DNA of 63,470 nt, counting the filler, from Intoshia linei (taxonomy: Eukaryota > Animalia > Orthonectida), in the NCBI GenBank assembly GCA_001642005.1. It is 8 parts of 8 records of this genome, joined end to end, with 100 filler letters (N's around TTAATTAATTAA, not from the genome) between each part and the next. Parts side by side here need not be neighbours in the genome. Positions count along the whole stretch, not along the records: positions 1 to 6,576 come from LWCA01001658.1; positions 6,677 to 27,595 come from LWCA01000664.1; 6 more parts are not named here. The stretch is one strand, 5' to 3'. Position 1 is the first letter of the stretch. Every line of letters begins with the position of its first letter. Made by a program: the position numbers and the translations under genes. The notes beneath the pieces were generated by a model. The model saw only the letters and a program-made list of their open reading frames with translations, was not told where the DNA came from and made no database searches. This document shows positions 1 through 12,978 of this stretch, piece after piece.

Positions 1-193
1 TATTACTATGAAATTTACTATACAAAATAAATTAAATTTTGCTCATTATTCATAATTTGAAGTGCTTTGCTCCAGAGTTTTTTTTAATCCTTTTTATATA
101 ATTTTTTGATAATTGTGTATTATTCAACCTCATCTTCCACGTATGGGGTGGCACTTTTGTATTTTCGCAAAAAAGTGAAAAAATTCACACCCT
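1..193 (-). mobile_element. Partial copy of the hAT-type MITE at 29300-29839 (inverted)
   Basis: Near-identical reverse complement of 29301-29494. Confidence 0.85.
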
Positions 194-357
194 TAATATA
201 TATACAAAAGTTAAATTTACAATTTTGATGTGGGTATAATCGCATGTATATAGGATAGAGATTACACTGTAATTGTTGAAAAAAAATTTATAAAATATGA
301 TCAATAATTACAAACGGCGATAAAATATATACTACATAACAAAATGATATTTAAAAA

Positions 358-1826
358 TCATGTTATAACTTCTTCATGGATAGTGAGAATGGGAGGAATA
401 GAAGCAGTTGGAAGCTTTCCAACTTCTGTAACAATTAAACTAAACATTTCATTATCGAGGATATCATAATAACAATTTTTGTTTTTATAGGAATTGCAAA
501 AATTTTCAGCCATTTTATGATTAGACTGAGTCTTGTTCAAGCCCCCCTTTGATGAATTTTCAATACTTTGAGTTTTCACAAAATCATTGTACGCAGACAA
601 TTTACCTGGGTTGGTACAATGAAGAGGATTCACATAAACATTTTGATTATTTTCACTACAATGAATAATATTTTGAATTTTGTTGATGACACCAACATCT
701 TTATTGCATCGATAGGTTGGAGCATAAATAATAACTGGCACTTTTTTGATTTCATTTTTAGCCGACAAGGCAATTAGAGCAGAACCTGACTTGACATAAA
801 CCGTTCCAATAGCTAAATAAAGATGAAAAAGATGAAAAAATGAAAATTACACATCATGGCTTCCGCTTCAAGCAAAACAAAAGAAACATTACACATGTAA
901 TATGAAGCTTGAGATAACATTGCGAAATGAAGACTTTCAGATGGATACCCGATAGTCTCCAATTTCGACATAAACCGAAAAGCTTCATTATGAGATTTTT
1001 GGCACGTATCCTTACAAACAATGATAATGTCGACATTGTGACTGTTGTAATTGGAATCAGAAGAAAACGTACTATCGTTATCGGATAATTTACTATAAGT
1101 ATGATTTCCTGTACCACGGCTATATCTATCCACAGAGTCATCAACGTTGTATCCATTTATTTCAGCCAATATGTCAAGTAGTGTTATAGAAAAATTTTCA
1201 TAAATCATAATGGTTAATTTTTTGGAGAAATTATTTGACAAAGAACGTGAAATATCACCATTTAAATATTGTGATATTGATTTTGATGCCAACTCTATAT
1301 TTTCATGTAGGAATGTCAATAACCAATCTTTCAGGTGGTTACAAATGTCCGGAATTTCAAATTTAGCCAAATCAAAAGATAGTCGCATTTTCAATGAATC
1401 AATTTCTTTGATAAATAAATTTGATACAAATTCAATCACTAAAGAGGGTTTTACGACTGGTTTTTTAACATTGTACAAAAAGTATACTGTAGGTTTGATT
1501 AATATCGCGTCCAGGTTTGTCAAAAACTTTGCGCTTTCTTCAACGCTATTTTTTTCAATATTTGGAGTAACGTTATTTATATTTAGAGAACCGTTGGCAC
1601 TGTGAGATATCACTTTGAAATAAACATTTTTATCGACGTAATTTGATAATTTGTAGTATGTATTTAAAAATTCTTCTAAATCAAAATTTTCAAATGATTT
1701 TACTTGGCTAATTCTCTTCAAATTAAATATCAATTTAAAAACAAAATGATCTACTAGACAATCCTGATCAACCAAGTGGTAATTGCTATCAATTTTTATC
1801 GAACAAGTTCTTTTATCAATAGACAT
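358..1826 (-). CDS. Highly divergent translation initiation factor eIF2B delta-like subunit (two ORFs joined by a short intron near 813-850)
   Basis: SYYMCNVSFVLLEAEAMM...GTVYVKSGSALIALSAK...VPVIIYAPTYR and YYDILDNEMFSLIVTEVGKLPTASIPPIL resemble the eIF2B delta C-terminal motifs (SKVLLGAHALL..G.V.SRVGTAQIALVAK..VPV; YDVTP..LVITELGMIP.SSVP). The N-terminal half is not recognisable. Confidence 0.7.
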
Positions 1827-2512
1827 GCTGCTTTGATGTAAATGAATTTGTAACTATGACTTGTTTATCTCAAGTTTATTAAATTTTGAAACTATAGTAA
1901 TTTCAAAAAGTTAAAATTTCAAAAAGTTTTTCACTTTTTAGTGATATCTCTATAATAAAGAGTCTATACAAACTATACTGTATAATTTATATTATCAGAA
2001 TCACATAAAATTTTCAATGGACCACCTTGCGAATTACTGATTTCATCATTTTAATTTAAAATTTAAATTTATCATCCTAACTTAGGATTCGGTTACGGAT
2101 ACGGTAAATTAACATTTTAAGTTAAAAAAAATTCAATAAATACACAGTTGTTTTACAGTTTGGTTTTCTGGTTCCAAAAATCAAGGTTACCACAACTGAA
2201 ATGAATGTTCGCCGTTTTATGCTCTTAAAAACATCATTTATTTTTTGTTTAAAATCAAAAATAACTGTTGTCGATTTTTAAATTTAAATTATTAAAATTT
2301 TTTGTAAATATAGTATAAATAGAAATATTTGACTGAAATTTTAAGATTAAACATTTTTTTGATAGTTCAAACAAAAATTGAAATGTCCTAATTATTTTGC
2401 ATACTTCTATTTATTACAAATAGGTTTCCATGTATAGTAAATAAGGCAATTAGTTTAACATGTTAATGTATCATTAATTTACCCTTTATAAATATTAATC
2501 CATAATTTTAAT

Positions 2513-4094
2513 ATGCTGAAATATCAATTTAAAACAATATTAAAAATTACTGGAGTTGTTACAACTGTTGGAGTTAGTACATCACTAATTTACAAATACA
2601 AGGTATTTTTATACGATGATTTGTGTAATATAATAATCGACAGTTACTCTAGTAAGTAATTGTACATGTAATACATGTATTTTCAATTTTTACAATAAAA
2701 AAAATATTAGAAAAATTTTACTAGAGCAGTTGAAAAATTGGCCTACAAACGAAATTATTTACCTACACGTGAACAATTATTACACAATCTAAAAAGTGGA
2801 AAGGAATATGACATTTTAATTGTTGGAGGAGGTGCCACTGGAGCTGGCATAGCTCTCGATGCTATTTCGCGTGGTTTATCAACAGCTCTCGTCGAAAAAA
2901 ACGACTATTCGTCTGGAACGTCCAGTAGAAGTACAAAGTTGATTCATGGAGGTGTACGATATTTGCAAAAGGCCATCATGTCGTTAGACTATAAGCAGGT
3001 ACATTGTACCTGGTTCATTCATTATTAATATTGATGTAGTTTTTAATGGTTCGCGAAGCACTCTCTGAACGTGCAAATTTATTGGAAATTGCTCCTCATT
3101 TAGCTCAACCCATTCCAATCATTTTACCTCTTTATAAACTTTGGCATATTCCTTATTATTGGGCTGGAATTAAAATGTATGACATTGTTTCTTTGACCCA
3201 AGTATTAAAGTCAAGCTATTTTATGAATAAGAAAAGAGCACTCGAAAAATTTCCAGTTCTCAATAAAGATAAACTAGTTGGTGCAATAGTTTATTATGAT
3301 GGTAATTTCAATTTATTCATTAAATTTTTTTGTAATATTAATTAGCTTATCAGGTACTATGTAATTAGCTCTAATAAATAGATACTGAGTATAATTACTT
3401 TACTAAAAATTTATGTGTGTCGCTAAGCAGTAACATTTTGAGAGTTTAATTGATTTAATATGTAAGCTTTAATTTAATCATATATCGTATGATTTTAGGA
3501 CAACATGATGATTCACGCATGTGTTTATCTATTTTATTGACTTCCATAAAGTATGGAGCGGATATGCTCAATTATTGCAACGTTGAAAGTTTATTAAAGG
3601 ACAAGAATTCTAAAGTGGTTGGTGCATCTGTAGTGAATTCCATCAGTGGTATTATTATTATTTTAATTTTAAAACTTTAATCATCGCCTTACCTTATAGA
3701 TAAGATTTTTGAATTATAAATCATGTTAGACGAATAATTGATAAACGTAGAGTTTCATAAAATTACTGTTTTGATTTAATCATGTTTTTATTATTTAAAA
3801 TTTGATACCTTGTACAACTTCACTTATACAGTATTTCTATTCCCTAATAGTCCAAAATGTAGTAAGGGAATTCAAAATTATATATTATGGCGTAGGTTTC
3901 AAAGTATCGAGCCTCTCACTAGTCAAATTTTCGTGAAATTAGTTTTTAGGTGAAAAATTTGATATAAAAGCGAAAGTTGTTATCAATGCTACCGGAGCAT
4001 ATACGGACAGTTTGCGGAAAATGGATAATAAAGATAATGCAAATATATGCAGACCTAGTTCAGGAATACATATCGTTTTACCTAATTACTATAG
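2513..4094 (+). CDS. GPD2: Mitochondrial FAD-dependent glycerol-3-phosphate dehydrogenase, 5' exons only
   Basis: [55 protein letters not shown] and [13 protein letters not shown] across GT-AG-separated exons. Later exons are not visible before the gap at 6577. Confidence 0.95.
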
Positions 4095-4372
4095 GTACAG
4101 TGTATTTTAGGGTGTCAATTTTTTTAAAATTGAAACGTGTAGCAAAAATATCAATTAAAATTATTTCATTTAAAGAATGCTGTTAAAATTTTATAAAAAT
4201 AATTAATATTGAATTCGCAGTGAGCATTTAAAGTTTCACTAATAATGAAGCTATATGTAATAATAAATATTTTTACAGTTAAGTTAATAATTTTACCTTT
4301 TATCAATATTATTAAAATATTATCTTTATCTATATGCACTTATTTAGTTATGATATTTCATATAATTATATT

Positions 4373-4940
4373 ATCCTTATTTATATAATATGCTACGCGA
4401 TTTTTGTTTATGTAATATAATTTTGTTTATTTATAACTACCCGTCTTAGAATTCAAACTCACATCTTACGGGTCAAAAACCCCAATTGTCCTTTTTTTTG
4501 AAAATCAAACAAGTTGCAGAATTTAAAAAAATATATACGCTGATACGGATTTTAAAATCATAAACATTATCATAAATTTAAATATAAAAAAATTATATCT
4601 TCAGGGCCAAACCCCAAAGTANTATCATAAATTTAAATATAAAAAAATTATATCTTCAGGGCCAAACCCCAAAGTACCCTTCTTTTTTTAATGAAAACAG
4701 TCCTAGAAATTCAAAAAATTTACAGATGGTACAGTTATATCCTGTTAACACCCACAAAGAAATTCAGAATAAGTGACGACTTCACGGTCAAAAAAGCATT
4801 TTAGTATTCATATATTTTTTTCTGAAATATTTTATGAAAACAAAAAATGTGAAATAATTAACGGTCCGAAAATTAAAAAAAAGATTATTCCTGATTAGCT
4901 TATTAAGTTGATATAAATATTTTATACGATTTTTTTGTAA
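4373..4940 (+). repeat. Dispersed repeat family, DINE-1/Helentron-like
   Basis: Starts ATCCTTA(C/T)TTATATAATATGCTACGC and contains the core CAAACTCACATCTTACGGGTCAAAAACCCCAATTGTCC. Other copies at ~6677-7225(-), 15988-16046, 36780-36944, 41520-41940, 46985-47640, 48710-49030(-) and 52270-52523(-). Confidence 0.8.
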
Positions 4941-6676
4941 ATAAAATGTTTAAAATACTGCAACATCGTTAACCAGAACTTTCAATTTCAATAATTTGAG
5001 TCAGCTTATATTTCAAAAATTATGTTATTTTTGGCCATAATCATCATTTCGATAAAATTTTTAGTTTAACTTTATTTAAGGTACGAGGTTTCACAGTATG
5101 ATATTTTTATATTTGATAAACTAACAACATTCTAAATTTCAGCTTTCGTTTTTTAATATTATTCATTCTTTTTGAAATTCAAATAATGTTCTTTCAGCGG
5201 TATCATTTACAGCGGAACCCTGTTGAACCTCGTCCATATTGCTTCAAGATATTGTTGGTGTAGCATAAATTTTTCCAAAGAAAATTCAATAATTCGAGAC
5301 ATTGTTAAATTTATTGTTTTCAGAATATTCCATTTTTTATCATTTGACCATCATTTTCAGGTACTCTAACTGTAGAAGAATAGTCTATCCAAAATGTGAA
5401 ATAGCCATAAATTATGAATAAAATTAAGGACTTGATATCATTCGACATATCTATTTGGAGAATATATACTTTAAAATAGTAAATAATTTTGTTCATCCAT
5501 CTTGCACCACAAACAGAACCTGGCTTTAAAAGTTTAATATTTATTTTGATCTATTTAGAATCAATATAAACCACAACATTTGAAACATCATTTACATTGT
5601 TTTAAATATTTTATAATCTTCATTTCTTTAGAAATTTCTTTATTTTCTGATTGTTTCGTGAGATATACCAACAAATCTGCAGCTCCACGGAGTAAAGATT
5701 TTTTTATCATATGACCGCCATGAAGATTTTTGTTTTAGGTTAGACGAATCAAAATAAGTCGTATTATCATATGTAGAATAAATTGAGTCTTTGTTAGAAT
5801 GGATATGAGTGTAACGTATTTTATTATTTCCATTTTTTCATTCGATTTGTTTTTATTTTTTTTGATATCAATGGATTTTCTAATTGATTCCAAGTATGGA
5901 TGATCTGTAGTAGTGGATGCCATTGAAATAATTACACGATTGTGACCATTAAAGAATTCAATATGCTCAAAATGTGTCTTAGATTAATCATCTTTTGCGA
6001 CTGAAAAAATATTATCTAATTTATTACGTTATAGTTAAGCTCTAGATAATGTTGGACTCGGTAGAATAATTCGATATTCACCAAACACTTTTTTGATTTT
6101 ACATTCAATTGTAATTAATTATGTTATATTTAAGCCAGTTTTAATATAAATGGAATGAACCTCTTTCGATGCTTGTCGAAATGGACGTACCTTCATTGTT
6201 TCTTTTAACCAAAATAACCTTTGTAAATACATTTCTTACTGTAGGTATTTTCCTATGATTGAAACTAAATGAAAAATAATTTCCAATGATAATGTTTCCA
6301 TTTCTTTGAGACATTTTAAAATACAGTGCTATCGCGCTAAGTCAAAATCGCGCTTATCACAAGCAATCACGCTTTTAGAAATGTATAACAATTTTCATAG
6401 CAATTCAAAATTTTCAATTTTCAAAGTCCAATTTTCACCAAGTTAGTTATATTCAATAACATTATACTATGAAACGTGTCCCGCTAAGTTAAATTGATTT
6501 ATCAGATTAAATTTATCCGTCCATTTCAAATAAATTAGTAAGTAATATTTATTTATTAATTTTTTAACAATTAGAANNNNNNNNNNNNNNNNNNNNNNNN
6601 NNNNNNNNNNNNNNNNNNNNTTAATTAATTAANNNNNNNNNNNNNNNNNNNNNNNNNNNNNNNNNNNNNNNNNNNN

Positions 6677-7225
6677 CAGCGTATATATTTTTTTAAATTC
6701 TCAAACTCGTTTGATTTTCAAAAAGAGGGACAACTGCGGTTTTTGACCCGTAAAATGTGAGTTTGGGAGGTTGAAATTTAGTTTGCGAACACCCCGGAAA
6801 CACTGTAATTGAAATGTGAACTTTATAAAATTATAAGACGGGTAGTTATTTAAATAAAGCTGAACACACACACACAAATAAAAATATTAGGTCGTTTCAT
6901 AAGTAATGTTTTTTCAACAAAATTACAAAGTTTATTTGATTACATTAAAAATAAAGTTATATTATAAAATATTCACCATATTAATCCATAGAATATATAT
7001 TTTTAAATTCTCCAACTCGTTTGATTTTCAAAAAAAAGGACAATTATGCTTTTTGACCCTTAAGATGTGAGTTTGGGAGGTTGAAATTTGTTTTGCTAAC
7101 ACCCCGAAAAAAACTGTAATTGAAATGTGGACTTTATAAAATTCTAAGAGTGGCAGTTATTGAAATAAACGGGAACACACTCACATGCAAACAAACAAAA
7201 ATTTCGTAGCATAATATGTAAGGAT
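6677..7225 (-). repeat. Two tandem partial copies of the DINE/Helentron-like repeat
   Basis: Two cores TTTGACCC(G/T)TAA(A/G)ATGTGAGTTTGGGAGGTTGAAATTT, CA microsatellites and a terminal GTAAGGAT. Confidence 0.8.
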
Positions 7226-7331
7226 TTTTAGTTTCATCAATTCAAAAATTTAAATTTACACAAGCAAAAATAAAAATTGTGACGTGATGTCGCGTGTGAC
7301 AAAATTTGTTATGAAAAAAAGAATAAACATT

Positions 7332-7920
7332 ACTTTGACAAAATTGCACTGGCTTTATCTCCAATACACACAATTTTTACATTCATATTCTTATCCAACC
7401 TTTCATTAACGGCTTTAACAATAGGTTTTACAATGCTAGAATGGACAGATCCACAAAGTCCTCGATCGGAGGTAACTGCGATAATTAATTGGTTAGGATC
7501 CTCTGATTTTGATTTTACTTCACATTTATCATAAAATTCTAAATTGGATTAAAATGTAGTTTATTTTTATACCCTAATATAAATACCGTGACTCATACAT
7601 TTGGAATTTTTTTTAATTTTTTAACTAAATTTTAATTCTTAAAACATCAATTCCGATAACTAGGATTGGAAAATGTTTCATTATTGAAACATCTAACTAA
7701 CATCTCACAGGAAATTTTGAAAATAAAAATAAAATGTATTTTGTATTAAATGTATTATATAATATAATATATATTGTATAGTTGTACCTAAAGCTCCTAT
7801 CCCATAAGGTCTGACATGCTTCAATTTTCGCTCAGCTTGGGTATATTTTGCAGCTGAAACCATTTTCATAGATTTGGTAATTTTTTCAATGTTTCTGATA
7901 GCCTTCAAACGCATTGAAAC
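7332..7920 (-). CDS. ATP5F1C: Mitochondrial ATP synthase gamma subunit, two internal exons; start exon probably near 8123 but unresolved, 3' part lost in gap
   Basis: [25 protein letters not shown] and [19 protein letters not shown]...IVCIGDK. Confidence 0.93.
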
Positions 7921-8993
7921 TAATTTAATTAAATACAATTAGATGCAGTAAATCAAATTACATAAAACTTCAACATAAAAAGTGTGCTAAAATACAAAAT
8001 ATCTTTCAGTTACTGGAAATATTAAAAACAATAATAAATAATTTTTCTTAATGTCCCAAATTGGGACTTTCAATCAACGATTTTACATAATTTTAGCAAA
8101 AAACAAACATTTCGGCATAACATCCTACATGAATTTACAGAATCTTACAATATTTCATACTAGCTATTAATATTTAGTAAATATTGTATACGTTTCAAGA
8201 AATTCACTTAGATTAAATTTCCACAATGCATGGTGTTTAGTGATTCCTGATCTATGTAGTAGAATAAAGATAAACTTGTATTGTTGTGTTGGTCTTAAGT
8301 TTATACGGTAAGTCCTACAATTTTTAAAAGTTGACAAGCCCAAATTAATGATATAAGGTCATTTCATAAAATATAAAAAGATTAAGAGCAAAAATTTACT
8401 ATGTTTGAGAGTGGCCATGGATCGGCTTTGAACTAAAATGCATCTAAATTGCAATTAAATAAATACAATTGGATAGATTATACGGTACAATATTCAACAT
8501 TATATAAATTAAAGAATTTTATTTCTATATTTGATTCTTTAGTAACAAAATATTTGTACGTTTTTTATTCATTTTATTTTATTTTTATTCTAATCCTCAA
8601 TCTTAACAAACTACCAATTATTGTAACATTGAAACTTTTTGGAAACTAATACTGATACGTATTTTTGATAGGTGTCATTAAATAGTTTTTGTTTAACCCA
8701 CGTGTTTATGGAACAAGGCGTATATTATATGTAATCTGGTGGTAAATTTACTTAATTTAAAATATAAATGTCTAAGAAGAGGGATATCAAGGCAAGCACC
8801 GTATGTTTGCTTGTGATACGGCTGTAGTCTGAATGTGATCAAAGTATATATGAAAGTAAAACTAATTAGTAATTATATTAATTAGTATGTATTATGTTAA
8901 ACGTATCAACGAGCGATATTGAAATATTCAAATTAGAATAAAAATATTGCATAGATACAAAATTGTCGAAATTGTTGATCAAATATAAATACA

Positions 8994-11738
8994 ATGATGG
9001 AGAAAAAAATTAAAGACGGTGATATTGTAGTTATATTTTTTGATTACAAAAATATATACAGAAAAAATTTGGATCCTATAAGAATTGACACAAAATATGG
9101 AGCTATATTAAAAAGTGATTTAATTGGTAAAATGTACGGTTCAATAGGAAAAACAAACACCAACATAAAATATTATATACTGGAAATCACACCAGAAATT
9201 TATACACGTATTGGGCCAAATATGACACGTTATTTGTATACAAATGATATTTCGCAAATTGTGTATAATTTATCCTTGAAGCCAGGGTCCAGTGTAATTG
9301 AAACTGGAACAGGTAGTGCAAAATTATCTTTTTCAATTTTAAAGAGTATCTTGCCAACCGGAAAATTGTTTTCTTTTGATATTGACGATATGCGAATTTT
9401 ACAAGCCAAAAAAGATATGAATTTATTGATTAATGACTGCATTGATGAAAATTTTATCTGTGAAACTAAAGATTTTACTAAAGATGAATTTGAAAATTAT
9501 TCTTGTGTTGATGCACTTTTTCTTGATTTACCTTCTCCTTGGCTTGCTATGAAGAATGTTGTAAAGTTACTCAATATTGGTAATATTAAAATCTTATATT
9601 CTGGTTCTAGGTTTTTTAAGTTTAATGTATTAGTTTTGGTTAGGTTTTTGTAAGTTAGTTTGGACGGAAAGATCGAGATTCTACTACCACAAAACCTTGT
9701 GAATTATTTTATTTGGTCATTTGTTTCATGTTTTCTAGGGATTGTAATTTTAAAAATTTAACAAATTAAAAAATGTACATTTAGATGGTAGATTTGCATC
9801 TTTCTCTCCATGTATAGAACAAATTCAGAAAACTGTTTTGACAATGAAGCGAAATTTTGACCAAGTAGAGGTAATATTTATTTTTGTTGATTTATATTTT
9901 ATATTTTGACTTTGTGAAACTTGTATAACTCAAAAAGAATACTGATTTCTGTTTTTGTCTTTATTAATTATAAAAACATATCTAAAATGGTCGGTCCGAA
10001 AGACAATGGATTACTAACTTCGGGCGTGCCAAACCGTTGTTTGGACCGTGCTTCACAACTATAATAAATACACTGATGGACCAGTAGGTCGTAATCATAA
10101 CCGAACCTATACAGCACTAGGCTATCTGAAAAATAAACTCTTATAATAAAATTTTCACAAAAGAAGTGTATTGTCATTCATAATTTATAACCGCTAGCCA
10201 CTTCTCTAATGCGCTCGAGTTGACATTTTAAATTTAACACAAAAAATAGTTATGATATTCTAGAACAGGGGTGCACAACCTGCGGTCGTGAAAGCATTTA
10301 TGTGTGGCCGTGGGCAATCCATGTCATCAAAATACAATATATCATTTTACTTCAAATTCAAGCAAAATATTTTTATCAAAATGTTACATTTTTGACTTTG
10401 GCCATTTTCTCAAAATGGATTTAAACTTTCACAATGTCAAATTAAATTTTGTACGGACATAGTATCAATGAGTAAAGTAGCTTTGCTGGTGAATTGATAT
10501 AAGGTTGTGCACCCCTATTCTAGAATATAATTTGGAAAATAAGGCCCTCATTTTACAACACTTTCGTCTAGACCAGTGTTTCCCACCCTTTTAAGTTTTA
10601 TGCTCCACTTTTATCATTACAAAATTTCTACGCCCCATCATAATTTGTAACAAATATTTCCATAGTAGTGTCATAACAGATTTTTTTATGCATATATATT
10701 ACGGCGCAACAAAATGGGGTAAAACGTTAAATTAAAATTTAATTGATTAATTAATGTGATTTTTGAGTTTAGTGTTTTTTGCAAAGATTTTCTATTTGAA
10801 CCACCATTTTTGTAATCTTTAAACGCAGGACTCCTCTTTTGATTATGTCCAACTTTTTTCTTTTCTTTATCAATAGATCACTAACTGCACTGAAGCCACA
10901 TTCTTCTAAGTATGAAGAAGGAAAAGGTAACATAACTCATGTTTCTAATAAGGATAATTCTAATCATAACAAGGAATGTTTCTATCTCATCACAAAGCCA
11001 TGAAATAACTCCTTTTATGTTGAACATTGATTTCATTGACTCATCGTTTTGCATTTTTGAGATTTTTTCTTGATATTGCGTCGAGATATCACATAGATTC
11101 ACTAGCATTGGATGCATCGTTCATACTGGAAATTTAATGTTTTTTAAATCAGAAGCTAATAATTTTAAATTATCAACTATTATAAGTACATCAGCATCAG
11201 TTACCTCACACCTCTTTAACCAATAAAACAAATAAACCAGTTTTCTATGGGAAGCCGAATGAATTTGTTCGCAAAAAATATGAGAATTTATTAATGATTA
11301 GATTATCTTGATTTCTTGACAAATTTTGACAAGCCCCACTGGTGGGGCATACCCCACGTTGGAAATAACTGGTCTAGACCGTCTATACCCCACAGAAAGG
11401 ATCTCGGTACGGTAGGTTCGGGACTGGTTCTAATCACCAAAAATTTTGATTATTTTTTTTCCGTATAACTACAAAATATGCAGAGTAAAATTAAATTATT
11501 AGTAAACGTGGTAAAATATTTAATTATGATATAATTTTTTCAATAGGTCTACGAGTTTGTTAAAAACCATTATGGTTTTAGAAAATTTGATTATTCTGAA
11601 ATAATAAATAAGGACGAATATACAAATGGAAATTTGATAAAAACCGAAAAACAAAATACAATTATTAATTTCGGAGCACCTATAGGCCATACTGGATATT
11701 TGCTATTTGCTTCACTCACAAACAAATTAAATTTATAA
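8994..11738 (+). CDS. TRMT61A: tRNA (adenine58-N1)-methyltransferase catalytic subunit; exons approx. 8994-9579, 9785-9870, 11547-11738
   Basis: LKPGSSVIETGTGSA, DALFLDLPSPW, GRFASFSPCIEQIQK and C-terminal GHTGYLLFA. Confidence 0.92.
10266..10517. mobile_element. hAT MITE in TRMT61A intron
   Basis: TIR CAGGGGTGCACAACC / GGTTGTGCACCCCTA with 8-bp TSD TTCTAGAA. Confidence 0.9.
10574..11371. mobile_element. Non-autonomous hAT element, possibly with decayed transposase sequence
   Basis: TIR CAGTGTTTCCCAC / GTTGGAAATAACTG with 8-bp TSD GTCTAGAC. Confidence 0.85.
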
Positions 11739-12978
11739 CATTGTAATTGTAAATTTTGTAAATTGTAATTAAAATGTAACGTTTTCCCTTATCTGGTGTA
11801 TTAAGATCATAATATGCATGTACAAATGCTAAAATAATGGACCAAAAGTAATCGCATTCTATTTCTCTACTTCAATGTCCACCTGTTTTGATACTGTCAT
11901 TTTTGTCCACCCAATTTTTTGTATAACTTTTTGATGTGAGTAGTCTTCTCACATCTGATCTCAAAAATTAAGATGAAATAATTCACTTTAAAGTAAAAAG
12001 TAATGTGATATGATGGTTCCACCTGAAACAAAATTTGGGACCACTCTTTTAAATGATTGATAATAGTGAATGGTAGGATTTTGTAAGTTAGATTTTCAAC
12101 GTGAATTTATTTTTTTGGTAGAATGAAAATGTCCCTCAGCAGAGCTAGGCCCTGTTTGTACGTAGTACATAACAGTCAACCTAGTAATTATATATTCTGT
12201 TTTGCAAAATTGTTGAGACTTTCATATTTTCTAAAATATGAAAAAATGAAGCATCTACGAATAAATTCGATTAATTTTTCTAAATTTTTTTTCAATGACG
12301 GGTCTTGCGAATCTCATATATATTTTATTTTATCATATAAAAAATTCAGAAATTTAAATGTTGATTTAGACAACATAATAGCAATTGCAAAATTGCTGGG
12401 AGGAGGTATATAATAAATGTAAATTTGAAAATCGATAGTTACACAAATTATTAATGTGTTATATATGAACAATGTTTATTAAACATGTCATGATTTCAGA
12501 ACTGAAATAATATTGATATTCAAGAATAAAAATTTTTTAATACTCAATTTGGAAAATGATCATACCATTTAAAAAAAATTTATCAAAGCATTATCTCCTC
12601 AAAAATGAGTCTTAGCTAGTGTAGGTTTAACACTGCTTTCAGTCATCTCACTAAATGGTTACACAAAGTGTCAAACACATTTTTAGCAACTTTTAGTTTT
12701 TAACAATGCGTATGGTAACATTTGAAATTTGTTACAATGTCTATATTTTGCAACTATTGCATATTATGAAGTATATTAATTAGAAACATAACATTGCTCG
12801 GTCCCAAAGTGATCACTATAAACGGCTTCTACTGAATATACTACTTAGATTTATTTTTTGTATTTTTAACATTTTCGTAACATTTATGATTTTGAATTGT
12901 TGATTTTCGTATATAGAAACGTATGTGTAAACAAATATTTCGGCTTTCATTATAAAATTATTTAAACTTCATTTTAAT

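Noticed and set aside
6577-6676. TTAATTAATTAA inside every N run (also ~27640, 35438, 36989, 53675, 56623, 60565)
   Set aside because: Identical motif centred in fixed-length gaps with stops in all frames; an assembly spacer, not biology.
4094-7332. Apparent truncation of convergent GPD2 and ATP synthase gamma
   Set aside because: Explained by the intervening assembly gap; not evidence of pseudogenes.
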